The notes beneath the pieces are model-generated. The model was not told the origin of the DNA. It did no database searches and saw only the letters and a program-made list of their open reading frames with translations. A program made the translations under genes and the position numbers. From Chrysomallon squamiferum (taxonomy: Eukaryota > Animalia > Mollusca): DNA of 64,000 nucleotides. Shown in pieces: positions 28,481 through 42,776 of this stretch (the stretch's first letter is position 1; each line of letters opens with the position of its first letter). The DNA is taken from positions 24,180,001-24,244,000 of the forward strand of contig CM022671.1 in the NCBI GenBank assembly GCA_012295275.1, given 5' to 3'.

Positions 28481-31400
28481 TAACAAAAAACAATAACGGA
28501 AACAAAAACGTCAACGACAACAACAGCAACAACAGCAACAACAACGATAATAATGACTACGACAGTTATGACGATGATGAAGACAATACAGACGTGAAAA
28601 TCCGTAAAACTTTACCGCTTTTATAGTATTGTTATTTAAGAATCTAAATAAAATGCCCCAGTCTTTTATTTATTTATTATTTTTGTTTTTTGTTTAAAAG
28701 ATTTACAGAAAGACGAGCGTTTCTTCAAATCTTAGTCATAAACATTACAAATAACTGTGACCAATACGTGATAAATTGTTATAAGATAACCTGTACACGT
28801 TTACAACAAAACCGTTGTGTTCAATCCATTGACCAGCAAAGTTAAATAAAGTGGCAATAACATAATACAGATAAATCATTATCCAATGCTTTAAGTTCAC
28901 CGAAGTTTTAACTTTCATTTTCAGTTTCAGTTTTTTTCTTTGGTTTATTTATTTTTTTATTTTTTATTTATTTATTTGTTTCTTATGTCAATGTCGTGGT
29001 CCTTAAAAATACATTTTAAAATAAGTCACAACGCTAAATTATTTTGGGTACGCACCTGATACAGCAACACTTACTTGACAGTTGCACGTTCGTGCATGCA
29101 GCTCCTGCATCCTCGCCGTGTTGACAGTTATTGACACCCCAGCCGCTGCTTTTGCATGCTTCAATTGTCGTTTCAGTACCAGAACACTGTACATCATCTA
29201 ACCAGATCTGACCACTTCCTTGACCAAACTGTGCACTCTGGAAACTCTTTCCACCGTATCTATCAAGAGAAAACAAATTAAAGAAAGGTTTTAAGCTTTT
29301 AGAAATTAAAAAAAAATTTTAAATAAATAGATAATAAAATATAATAATAATAATAAAAATAATAACAATGTGAAAAAGTTATGTATATTACACAGAAACA
29401 CAGAAAATAGAATTTCCATTAGTCTATATCATAAGTTGTTTTTTTTTTTTTTTTTTTTAAATAATAGTTTATATTTCAGACAGTTAGTATATTACAGAAA
29501 TAATTTTACAAGGGGAAAGAAATATGGATGAAATTAATATAAAATATTTAATATAAATATGTATCTACAATTATATGATATTTTAAAAGTTTAATATTAT
29601 AGCAAAAACAAAAACAACAACAACAACAAAAAATAAACATGACTTTATATATAAATACATATTATTATGGTTCAAAATATTCAAAGATTTTTAAAAAAAG
29701 GATCATACATTTATAATGAAAAGACTGTCAACAAAGCGTTTGTAAAATGGACACATTTTATACGTGGAATATAAAGTTGAAATATCTTACATATATCCTA
29801 GCATTCTGCAAATAACATTAACATCGTCTGTATCCCATTGGTCATCACAGACAGTTCCACGAACTCCATCACGAATTATTTCTACACGACCTTCATATAC
29901 TGCGTTCCCATTCACCAGTTCCACTGTGATACAATGCACAGCTGCACACAAAATAAAATATAAAAAAAAAAAAAAAAAAGAAGAAACAACACTATTTCAA
30001 ATACTAGTCTAGTGAATATTATCCAGACAGAAAGACATTATTATAAGCTATTGATCGTTTTCCTAAAAGTTCATTTTGCTCATTACTAGATTCTTATACT
30101 GAGGATTCTAGTTCGACTCCAAACTGTTCTGGAAAAAAATGATTAGGCTAGTTCCCTTATTGTGCAACAACTTGCTTGCTTCCTGTTGTTTTTATAATAC
30201 GAACGTTAGATTACCCAAATAATTGTATCTGTTTATATGATGTCCAGTCATTTAGTCTTCATCTTACAGTTTTCCCTGACAGTTAGGCCTAACTTTACTA
30301 TAAAAACGATAATGTTTTATGTTATTTATGATGTTGTTATTTAACATATTCCAAGCGGTGTCATTATTTTATCTGTTTCTTTAAGTATTAACAGTACCTT
30401 TATTTTTATGATTTTTGATTATAGTTTTATGAACTAAAATATTTTAAATGCATATATTTTTTTTTATCAGTATTTTGCCTCTCTTATCTATAAACATAGA
30501 TTATTTATACCAAAAATAATTTTCTTTTACATTAAACAGTAATTTAAATAAATAAATAAATAAATATAAATAAATAAATAAATAAATATTCCCTCGCTAT
30601 TCGCGGGGTTACGTTCTTACCCCCCATGAATAGCGAAAAACCGCGAATATTGGATGCAGTTTTAAAACGTCTATTATGAGATTATATAAAACTAAATATA
30701 TTTCCAAAGACACATTTCAGTATTGTCAGTTATGTATTTCACTAAATTGATGTAAACACATTTTATTTTTTAATATTTTAATCAGAAAGATTACAGGAGG
30801 ACAGTGTAAGCATAAATAGATTCGTTTTCTATGCGTACAACATTAGAAATGGTGGAACAAATTTAAAAGGCAAACAGACAGATAAATACAGTACGCACAA
30901 ATCAATTAAAAACAATGGCACAAAAATAACAAAAGATGCATTTATTAAGAGCAATAAAAGGATGTCACCAATAATGAATGATAATAAAATGATGATGAAA
31001 AATGCCATACGATGATGATGATAACAATAAACAAACAAACAGCAAAAAAAACAGTTTCAAAAAAGAGATGTTTTTTTTCTCTCTGAATAGGTTACTATCT
31101 GATACATTAACAAACAATAAAAAATATATATTTTATATTTTCCCATTTCAGTATTGTTTAAAGATTAATTTAAGGGATTCGTTTTTAAAATATCTTGTAA
31201 ATCAAACTAACAAAAATGTTAAGAGAAAAGGATGGCTGCGAAATTCCAATAACAAACAAAAAAAAAAGTTTAATGTTATATCAGGTAATTAATTTTAATA
31301 TTTTGAATGTTTGTTTCATTTGTAAACAAATGTGGGAAAAAGAAAAAGGTTAAGTATGTGCTCATTTGTATGTGTGAGAATTAGTATGTATGTATGAATA

Positions 31401-31520
31401 TGCGTGTTTGTATATGCAGTGCGTGAAGATGTATGTGGGTTTGTGTGCTGACAACATTAGAAAAAGGTTTGAAGCAAATCGGTCCACCCTGAACAGACAT
31501 ATGGCGTCATATATTTTATC

Positions 31521-31559
<39 letters not shown>

Positions 31560-31807
31560 CGTTATCATCAGAGACTGAGCGATTTAAAAAATAATAATAA
31601 TAAATAAATTTAAAAGAAGGCTATAACTTTTTTCTAAGAATACAAAATTTTTTCGGTGAGTATAAAACAACTTACCTTATTCGAAGAGTAAAACTTACCT
31701 GAAGTTATATATATTAAACGTAATATTACTCGGTGAGTCGATCGGACTATCTGTTTAAAAATCTTACCCGTAATACAGATAAAGGTGGCCAACAAAACGC
31801 CAAGCAT
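24238..31807 (-). CDS. Secreted mosaic protein: signal peptide + 3 group-A SRCR domains + F-type lectin + PAN/apple; exons 31807-31768, 29941-29791, 29259-29075, 28426-28267, 27652-27474, 26977-26824, 26511-26333, 25807-25583, 25247-25020, 24479-24238
   Basis: [13 protein letters not shown] signal exon. Three repeats of [30 protein letters not shown] / G.G.G...L....C.G.E.TI..C....WG...C.H..DA...C (6 Cys, two exons each). FTP reads [40 protein letters not shown]; PAN reads [25 protein letters not shown]. All junctions are GT-AG and in phase. Confidence 0.9.
27030..27215 (+). repeat. 30 bp minisatellite (about 4 copies) decaying into a (GTCAC/GTCGT) pentamer repeat, intronic
   Basis: GTCGCGTCAAATCACGTCTTGTCACGTCAT repeats directly at 27031, 27061, 27091 and 27121 with no spacers. 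Confidence 0.9.
30588..30660 (+). mobile_element. Terminal fragment of a Tc1/mariner pogo/Tigger-like DNA transposon, intronic
   Basis: CpG-rich island CCCTCGCTATTCGCGGGGTTACGTTCTTACCCCCC..AATAGCGAAAAACCGCGAATA resembles Tigger/MER2-type left ends as recalled. No partner end was found. Confidence 0.55.
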
Positions 31808-32929
31808 GATCTCAGATAATCTGAAAAACGTGAACCAAAACGAAAGTATTAGATTATAATCATTTCAGTAAGTTACGCTAAAAGTTCAGAAAACACTTCG
31901 ACTGTTTCTGTCGCCTAAGAGTCTATTAAGACGTGGACAGAGAAGTTTTTTTTTTCATCACTGATGAGACCAAATAAAAGTTCATATTTAACGAAACCTC
32001 GTTTGTTTTGTATTCTGTGTTTATTCATTGCTGTTTTCACGGAAACAAAACCATTAAGAGTCTTTCAGATCGATTTGTAAGTTCTTTACCTTCAGTGGCA
32101 TTGTTTTATTCATTTTTTTGTTTGAATATCGGTAGAAAGGTGTTTGTCCTGGGTTTTTTTTTGTTGTTGCTTTTTTGTCTTGATTGGCATATTCTATATG
32201 TAATTGTTACAAAAAGAATATAACTGAAGTGGAATATTACAAGAAGGAAAAGGAGAAGAAGAAGAAGAAATTAAAGTAACAATAATAATTTATAAAATCA
32301 GCCTGTTTCTGTCTTTTCCTGAATTTAATCTGATTATAACATCATAATGACAATTTATTTATTTTAGTAGGTTAACTGGAAGGTTAACATATAACTTTCA
32401 AGATTAAAGATATGCTTAATAAAAATGAAAATAAAGTTTCTACTATACCTAAGGTACTGGTTTTAGGGTTGCAGTCCACGAGCCTCCATAGATTGAGTTA
32501 ACATTATTTCATTTTCTTTTACTTTTAACCCTTTTGAAAATACTTCTTGGACCCGCAGAATGACTGCAGCACAGTGATGGGATGGCTTATGAAATCTGTA
32601 TATGGTTTATTCTATTAATATTATTAACTGAATAGTAAAATTCTAAAATATTTATGGTACAGTATTATTGCTAACAATCGATCTAAACCACATTAAGTAG
32701 TAATTAACAAAAATAGCGACCAGAATCATCATTCACTGTCATGCACTATTAAATGTCTGAAATTACTCTGAGGTTAAAACTTATCTTTTATTTCTAATCT
32801 GTGACAGACCTAGCTAAACTAAGAACAAATCGGAATCAGGCAGATGTAAAACACTCAGTGATGGTTCTTACGTAATTACACCTGTTAGATAACGATGATT
32901 ATGAATAAAAATTATTCAACAAGGACATT

Positions 32930-33005
<76 letters not shown>

Positions 33006-36000
33006 TTTTATTGTTAATTTAGAGGTAAGTGGAAAGTTGAAGAAATGTAGCAGATAACAAAACATAAAAAAAAAATTAAAAAAAAAAAAAAAAGGGATTA
33101 TGATATTACGTGTGTACACTAACTTCGTCATTTCTGTGAATATATATATATATATATATATATTTCAGATCGAAAATCGATACCCAAAAATAATATCCCT
33201 TTATTTTTCATCAATAAAACTTCCAAGTCGGATATGAAATATGTGTATGGTTATCACAACAACAAAACAAAACAAAAAATAAATAAAAATAAATAAATAA
33301 ATGACATTTGAAACTCAACATCCACTTTAATCGTACTTTTACATGCATCCATGTTGTCCAGACTTTAAGCCTTCTTTGAATTTTATGGTGAAAATATGAA
33401 AGATATTTCTTATTCTAAACGTATGTCTACAAAGATACAGGCATATAAAATCGATATATAGAGTCTGGAAACTTTGTAGTATGGTGTACTGTTACAGACG
33501 TTTCATCTGAATGATATATTTGATGAAAATAAAGGCTCATAATTAATTCAACTATTGTCTTCCAATCCATTATCTACAATTATTGTTTTGTTTATTGTAA
33601 CAAAGAAATCTTCTTCCCTCATTTAAATAAAGTAAGTATCAAGAATTCATTATTTTCAAAGTAATCAATAATCTTTTGACTCTTTGTTTCAGTCCAAAAA
33701 AAAAAAAAAAAAACCTACGAACACATTAAGAAAAAAAGAAAAAAGAAAAAGAAAAGTAAGTCAGGAAATTAGACCATGCATAAAGAAGAAACAAATGATT
33801 TAACATTTCTTGGAACTTTGACAATATGAAACTGTTTCTGTTGTAATCGATCTATAAATCTTCAGTTTATTAAGTACGTACATAGAGACGATGTTTTGGA
33901 TTCTTTGTTGTATTTGTTTATTTCGTTGTTGTTGTTTTTTTTTTTTTTTTTTTTTTAATATTTCACCCCCAGATATTTTAATAAAGTATATGAATATATA
34001 AAAAAAAAAAAAAAATTAAAAATTAAAAAAAAAAGAAAAGTTCATTGATCGAATTCATTGTTTCATAATCACCAGATCAGATGAAAATTAATAGACCAGC
34101 TGGTCGAAAAGTTAAACAAATGGATTAGTAACATGGAGAACTTGTGCCAATATATGTAACTTCTTTTATTAAAAAGTGTCCCGTGGCATAAACATATCAT
34201 AAATTAATGTAGAAGTCATGTTACAATGTGATAAAAATAACTCTTTATAATAACCGTTTCCACGTTTAATTAAAATTTAATGTCAAACTGCATTGAGATA
34301 CTAAAGTACTAAAGTGAATTGTTTGCTCCAGCCTACAATTGTTCTTTGAGATGCAGCAGTCGATAATCTGTTTCTCAATATACTTTTCTGCTGGAGGGTA
34401 GTGACTCTCAGATTCTTTTACTATAATGTGCAATAATTTTCAATTCCCTTAATTAAATTAATAAACCAATACAATTTAGGATGTTGTTGAGGAAGAGCTC
34501 TTTAGAATAAGAACATTAAACTACCAAAGTAAAAACTCAACGCAATAATATTCAAATTACATTTAATACTTTTCTTTTATTTTTATGTGTTTTTTTTTTT
34601 TTAAATATTTTTTTTTTTTTTTTTTTTTTTTTAATTTTAAAGTTTGTATTTATTTTTTTATTACATGAAATTCTTAACAGAAATAATATATTTTGGCTTG
34701 CACATAATCTTAACAAATTCAACAATAACAGCAATACATAAATAATTCAATACAATTAACATTTACAATTAACATAGCACAATGTGAAGTTAATGAAAGT
34801 TGAACACAGGCCGTCTTCTAACACATGTCCTTTGTCTGATCCTTTCTACAAGGCTAACAGTAGAGATATTTCAAAATTAAATAATGCAGAAAAAAAAAAA
34901 ATCTAAATGACAAGCAAAAAGTTTAACTAAATGCAAAATAATTGTTATTAATTTTAAAGCTTTTCTTCAGAACAGTTATCACATAATGTGCATGCTTGTA
35001 TGTATGTGAATATATTCCAACCCATATTCAGGCCATGAATAGAAAATATTGCTTTTTCTTGAAATAAATAAATAAATATAGATTTAATTAAATTAAAAAT
35101 AAAAATAAAAATATCCTATGAAGTCTGCACATTTGTTGATAAGATTTCAATAAAATATACATTGAATGGTCACTTAATAAATAAACAAAAATGTTATGTT
35201 TTCCTGCCACTTAATGACATTATTCATCACATATGACATTTAATATGGATGGAGAGGTTTGCATTATGACTTCACTGTTTTACACACAAAACTTTTAAAA
35301 CATACTGGCACACAGACATACTGAAACAGCAACTATCAGACACTTGCTATCACTAATTGTACAAAGTATCAGTTTGCCAACATGAGAGCTAAAGTCCTTT
35401 AGCACTGTAGAATAAAATGAAACAAAGCTACAAAAGTGCTGCAGTATAAAGATATATCTGAAACATGTAAGAAGCTGTTTAGCTAAATTAAAAATGTGCT
35501 GAGAGTGTTTGTAAAACATTTAATTCATCCTTCATTTGTTTATAACATGTTTTCAGTGAGCTACAGTTTTATATTTTAAAAAGTTCAGATCTCTGGGATA
35601 ACAATGAACGAATTTTGAGATTACTTAAAATAATGTAATTAATTAGAAAATGACTGTGGATGGTTTCAATGATAATGCTAGGATGGGTCTTTATGCAATC
35701 ATCAATTTATCAACAGTAACAGTCTTGTCAAGGAAAAAAAAAAATGTAACATATTTTATTAAGAAATCATAATATCAACAACTCTCAAAGCACTTTGTAT
35801 GTAGTTTGACAGTTTACAAGAAACCAAAAAAACTGACACAAAATACAGTCTTCTTACATATACTCTCTCATACAACAAAATTCACGATACATCACATTTA
35901 ATGCTGTGTGGAAATTTTAACACAGACATGACAATTTCTGAGAAATTATGTAAAATGTTTAATTTTAACATTGTATGGACAAAAGCTGTTAATATTTTTT

Positions 36001-36988
36001 TCATGAAATTTCATCACAGATAAAACAAAACAAATACTGTTTGAATAGTTTGTTCCATTACACATTCAACTTTCAAAAACATAAAAATAAAAATAAAAAA
36101 CATTCATTTTAATATAAATAATTAACAAAAAATAATTTTTCAATAAACGTACACAAAATATAACAATAACAAATACACAAACCATTAAAAAAACAAACAA
36201 TTACAATCATCTGAAAATAAATAAAGTACGGCTTAAAAGATATTTAAGAAATACTTATAAATTCTAAATTTTAATTTTTATTTTTTTGTTTTGTTTGGGA
36301 TCATAAGACCTAATTAGCTAAATGAAATTTTACATAATGTGACATTAAATGTCTCCAGTCCAATGAAACCATTTCAGATTTATAAAGAAAACACTCTCTT
36401 CTAAAACAAACACATAAAACATTTCTGGGAAATGAGAAAAGGCTTCTAACCAGATCTCAGCTATATGAAGACCAGCATGTGCGTGTGATTAACTTTTAGT
36501 ATTTACCCATCAGAGAATGTTTGAAGCATCTGTTTTGGGCACAAACCAGAACATAAACAAACTTGTAATTTAAGTGGCTTGAATGTGCATTTTGTACCAG
36601 AAAGTGAATAAAACTGACTACTGAATGATATTTAAATGTTAATATATAAAATAATTCATACTCTGTATACTTTGCTAAAGCAGAGAAAACTTATCTCAGT
36701 GAAGAAAGCAGTGATAATAAAATAATAACAATATTGAAAAAAGATGAAGAAAAAAAAAGAAGATTTATGTTCCAAAATGCTAGAAGAAGATGATTATTAC
36801 CATCTAAAAAACTAAAAAATGAGGGCAGAAGGACAAACTACTGATAATAAATTTTAAGTTAATATTTAAATAAATCACATACATACATGATTGCACTAAA
36901 ACAATACTTTTCACTCAAGGATGGAACACTCTCCTCTAACTACAAAACCAAATACCATCTTAATAAACACTTGCTGTCTAACAATGTC

Positions 36989-37024
<36 letters not shown>

Positions 37025-37592
37025 TGTTAATTTTGTTCTTAACCATCACAAATGTGAACAGATATTCAGAATTCCTTATAATTCAGATAAAAACAAAAAC
37101 AATCCAAACAATCCTGAAATGATCTGAAAAGGCAATACAAGAAGCATCCATCACCAGTATAAAGTTTTCTCTCAAATATCCAAACAGTTATTTCAACATA
37201 AATAACTTAATAATCCTCAGCCTTCTCTCACAAATTGTTTTGTAGGTCTTCTCTGCAACCAAATATTACATTTTTATGCTGTTAATGACCTGAAACATTT
37301 TCATCAATTTTGCCGCAACCAGAATAAAGGTCTTCTTCTTTAACCTTCTAAATAACATTTATGACAATTCACACATTCTGCATTATCTGCTGTGCTCATT
37401 AGTTTCCATCTGCAGCTGCAGAGAAAAACAAGTTTTGAAGAACACAAAGTGAGAGATCTGACTTGGAAGCTGTATTTAAGACATTAATATGCCAACTGGA
37501 ATCACTGTTATGCACATCTTTGCATTAACAACAGGCAAATCGTCAAAAAACAGAAACAAAGAGCTCAGACAACAACAAAGCAACTTTTAAGA

Positions 37593-38329
37593 TCAAAAAT
37601 ATTTTTCTATGATGTCAATCATGGACAAGTTTGTGTCAAATTCAAGAGGTTTGACATCTTCTGCATTGTGACTGTTTCTTATCTGGTTCCACTCATGAAG
37701 AATGTTGCTGTAGTGTGTTGCCATGTCCTGCTTTTCCAGGTTGATGTACAGTCTTAGCAATCCCCTATAGTCATATTCTAAACCACTGTATCCCTCCCCA
37801 AACAACTTCTGACCTATATTTGAAAAAAGAAAGAAAAAAAACACATTAATAAAACAGAAAATAAAGACTTGGAAAATTAAATGATACATTAAATTACAGT
37901 AAAAAGAAACTAAATAATAATAATAATAATAAACAAATAAAAAAACACCAAAAAAACAATAAGGAATTAAAATTTAAAAAACAAATATATTATACAAAAC
38001 AATTGGGGAAAATACTTAGCAGACCAAATAAACATTCTGAAAATTTATTAGAATAGGAAAACCAAATATCAGGTTAAAGACAAATTTCCACTGAATGATA
38101 ATAAATATAAAATAATGATTTTTTTACATCTATTTTGAACAATTAAAATATACTTACCAATATCTATGGATCTTAAATAAAGCTGTTCTGCTTCATGATA
38201 TTTCTTCATGTCATAGTTGTATAATGAAGCAAGATGACCAACAGACAAAGCTACTTCATAGTCATCAGGACCCAGTAATCTTTCCTTTATTTCAATTGCT
38301 TTTAGGTGCATTTCTTCTGCCTCCTGTAA

Positions 38330-38364
<35 letters not shown>

Positions 38365-41300
38365 GTATAATAATGAAAATGATAATATTATAACAACAAC
38401 AATCATCCATAAGATGATGATGCATAAGAATATAACAGATTTATTAATAATTAACCATTTCATACCTTTTTAAAATCAAGCATCTTGGAAACTTTAATTA
38501 GACTAAAACTAAAAGCTGAAGAGCAAATACAGGCAATGCTTTCTCTAAACCTTTGAATGGAAATTTTGATGCTTTGAGCAAAATGAAAAGTGTACAATGG
38601 ACAAACAACTGTATTTTGTAAACTAAACTGATAGGCAACATTCTGATGTGACAACAGCAACGCAGCCACCTCACAGCCATGCAGCTTAGTAGCAACACTG
38701 GATGCAGGGTTTAAATGGTGAATGTGTCTAATTGTTAATCATATCAATACTCTGTAGAATACAGAATGATAAAATATAATAACCAATTATTGATTTTAAA
38801 ACTATATTTCAATATACATGTAATCCATCACAATGTTTTAATTTGTAAACTTACTTTTGTTTCATTAGTGTTAAAAGCTGTTAATAGTAGTAAAACTGAT
38901 ATTTATGTAGTGTTATCCCTATTAACAATGTTCAGATTCTTTCATAAAAGTTATAATTTAAAAAAGAAGAATAATAAGTCTAGTAATTACAATTATTATC
39001 AATATTAACTTGATTATTAAACAGTAAACATTTTAGAAACAGAAATTAAGCCATAGCATATTTGAAATTACTTTATATCTCTGCATTGACTGATAAAGCC
39101 TCCCTAGATTCCCATAATGCTTTGCAGTCTGGACATTGTTTTCTCCAAATGCCTTCTTGGCCAGTTCAAGAGACTGCAGATGAAGATCTTGTGCTTCTCT
39201 CAGCAGTCTCTCTTCCATCGCTTTATCATGACTGTCTATTGCTATTTCTTCCAGAATTAAAGCTGAAATTGTTCACATTAAAATAATAACAATAATAATA
39301 ATCAACAAAAACAACATCAACATCACCAATAATGATCATAACATATTATGAATAGATATGGGAGTTTTTACTTTGTCATTATGAATATTAAACCTTTGTA
39401 CCAATTAAAAATTGAAAGAATCTACAGTTAAAATATTCCTTTGAAGATGGTTATATCCAACAAACCAAAATGTCCAGTTAAGAAGGTGATGGTGACAAAC
39501 ATATTCTGCAAAAACTGAATTCTATATAATTAATCTAATCAACCACAGACATATTTCTAAATCTGAACAACAAAATAAAACTGATAAAAAAAGAAATTCC
39601 ACAACAATCTCCTTTGTTACTTGCAAAAATTTATGATTTTTACATATGATATACTGAACAAATACACAGAAACAATGAAGCATACACTAACCTTTCACTC
39701 TCTTAGATGATGATAACAACAAATGATCGGGTGGAAGAATGTGACCAAGTATTTCAATTGCTCTCTCAGCATGATCTCTGAATGAAATGAAAGTCATTAC
39801 ATGTTTAAACATATTTTTAATGAACATTACATTTTTTTTTTCATCCTAAAATGATTCCTGCTAATATGCATATTACATTTAATAAATTAATCGTATGTCC
39901 ACCACAATTCTGGATACGTCAAAACAGGAATCAAAAACATATATCTGTATGACCTATATGAAATGTAATGATTAAATTAATCTGATATTTCCGTATATAC
40001 TTTAACCCCCTTTAAAAACAGAATATTTCAGTATTATGTATAAAATGATAATAACAACTGCAATGATAATCTCAAATTCACATTCAATTTAACATTTTGG
40101 GTAGCTTTAGTGACAGATACAGAAGTCACAATACAAACAACTGTAAGAGAATCTCAGAATGTATCATGTTTTCATTAGTTCAGTATTGTTTATTTCTGCA
40201 TTACTTCAAAGCTTTTCCACTGGATGACAAATATACAATTCAGCAATGGAAATATTAATAGTAAATATAAATTATATATCTTTAAAAATAATGTATTTTT
40301 AAGTAAAGGAACCCCAGTGCATTACCCCAAACAAATCAAATTCAACCCTGTAAGATATAAAATCTGTTACAAGGAAAATGACTGAAATGAAGTATTTAAA
40401 ACTGGATAAAAACTTACTGAGCTTTCTTGAATTTTCCTGAGCTGTATTGCTCCACATAGGAAGCGTATGCTAAATCTTCATTTGCTATTGCCACATACAG
40501 GTTGTTTCCCCCAAACACAGACTGCCGGATATCCAGCGCAATCTGTAGAAAAGTGAAACAGCAGAGAGTTTATAGACAGAAGGTAATTTACATAATAAGA
40601 AATCAAAAGAATTTACAACATTTAAATATTTATGGTTCTTTGATGTCAGTTATCCTTTTCATAAATAATGATATAAACAAAGCCTAACACAGCCGTATAA
40701 CCAAAGTATGTTTTAAAATGAGAATAAAATAAATGCACTTACATACAGTTAAATAATTCCATAAAGCTTGACATCAAATATCAGTATTAAATAAATATGG
40801 ATGAGAGACATTGAAGTAAAGAGATGAGGAGAATCTGAACAGTAGATTAATTTGTGTTTTAATGCAATCAATTACTTTAACAGAACTTAAAATAATTCAA
40901 TTCACGATGTTTTAAATTAATGTGTATGATCAGAGAAAAAGAAAAGAATTGATTTTCTTGGATTCTGAGATTTTGTTTTAATTTGATTTAAATAAATAGT
41001 ATAAATTACAAGTAAAGATGAAAACAGCTTAAAATTAAAATGTGTTATATTACTGTAAAACTAAACACAGACTGTACCTGATAGACAAAGACCGATGCAG
41101 CAATTGAATCAATATTTAACAGATAAAAACCGTAATCCATTAACACATCAGAATACTTAGGATGATGACTTCCAAAATGTTCTCTGGAAAATACATAGAA
41201 AAATACACTCATGACTTTTTAAAACAGTAAAGCATTCTACTTACTTCTGGACAATTTGTGAAATATTTAAATGATTTATAATATAAACAAATATAAATGT

Positions 41301-42745
41301 TTTTTTAATATCTCTATCATATTATACATATAAATGATCTAATTAGAATAAAAATAGATGGGTTTTTGAATTTTATAATTTACAAAATGCTAAAGCATAT
41401 TAAAGTGTAAACAGAACAATTATTTTGAATGAATCAGATATGTATTAACAATTCATTAGCAAAGTATAAAAAGCAGTATTTATTGTTATATCCAAACACC
41501 TACTTTGTGAATGCCACTGCGTGCTTGATGAGAAGTTCCGCCTTCTGAAACTGACGTTTCACAACACACGCTTTTGAACACTGACGAAGAACATCAACAA
41601 GAGCCTAAAAAATTTCAAACAAACTGAACAACACACTATTTAATATAAGCATGTACTCTCCAGCTCAAATAGTGTAAAATATATAAAATAAATTTAAATG
41701 TAGCAGATTTAAAAACATTATTATTGTAATACATCTAAAATAAATTTGAATGTAAGATTTATTTAAGAAGATATATTGTATTAAAATTTATTATTATTTT
41801 TTGTTTTTAACAGAAATTGAACCAATAATAAATGAAAAAAAATAGCAGTTTATTAACAAGTCTACTAGTTTATGACAAAGATGTTCCTAACTGCATTATT
41901 TCTCAACTTACCTCTCAAAATTAAAATTAAATCTGAAAACTTGCAATAAAATTAAAATTTTATAAATCTATAACAAAAAATTCATATATAATAATACCTT
42001 ATGAGGTAGAGATGGTTGAATTTCATGCAATGCCATGGAACAGTATTTGTATGCCTGAAAATAGAACCAACAATTGTAATTCAAATAAAATAACAAATAA
42101 AAAATAATAATAAATAAAAATAGATTACCATAAACTACAGCCAAGCTATTAAAAGTCTGTGATAAATTTTTCAGCAGAATTATATTGATTCAGATTACTA
42201 GAAACCATAATATGTAAATAACAACATCAAATTCTCTGCCACATAACATAATAAAAGTAAATGCTGCAGTTTACATAATTTTTTTAAATAAGCAAGACCA
42301 TTATCGATTTTCAATTCTTTTTAAATTTCAGTATGAAAAAAAGGTATTTCATAAAGCATAAAGCATAAAACAATACATTTCCACTCACCTCATCATACTG
42401 ACTTTCAGCAAACAGTAGAGCACAGCACTCTGTGTAGAGTGTTGCTTTACAAACACTGATACCATGTTCTGCCAGCACTTCTGTCAGCCTGAAAGCCTCT
42501 TTGCATGTCTGATCTGCCTCCTTGCACTTGCAGTTTGCATTCTGAACATGCAGCAATCTGAAAAAATAAAAAAATAAAAAAATAAATTAATGTTAGTAAC
42601 ATCATCTTAACAGGCTTGTCCAAAATTCATTTACACTTCTAGCTAATTCTGTTTACAAGGCTGTTAGGTATACTCAGAAGTCTGTTAAGAGACAGAGATA
42701 AAAGACATTTTTCAGATAAGATAATCTTTGTTGGCTATTTCTTTC

Positions 42746-42776
<31 letters not shown>

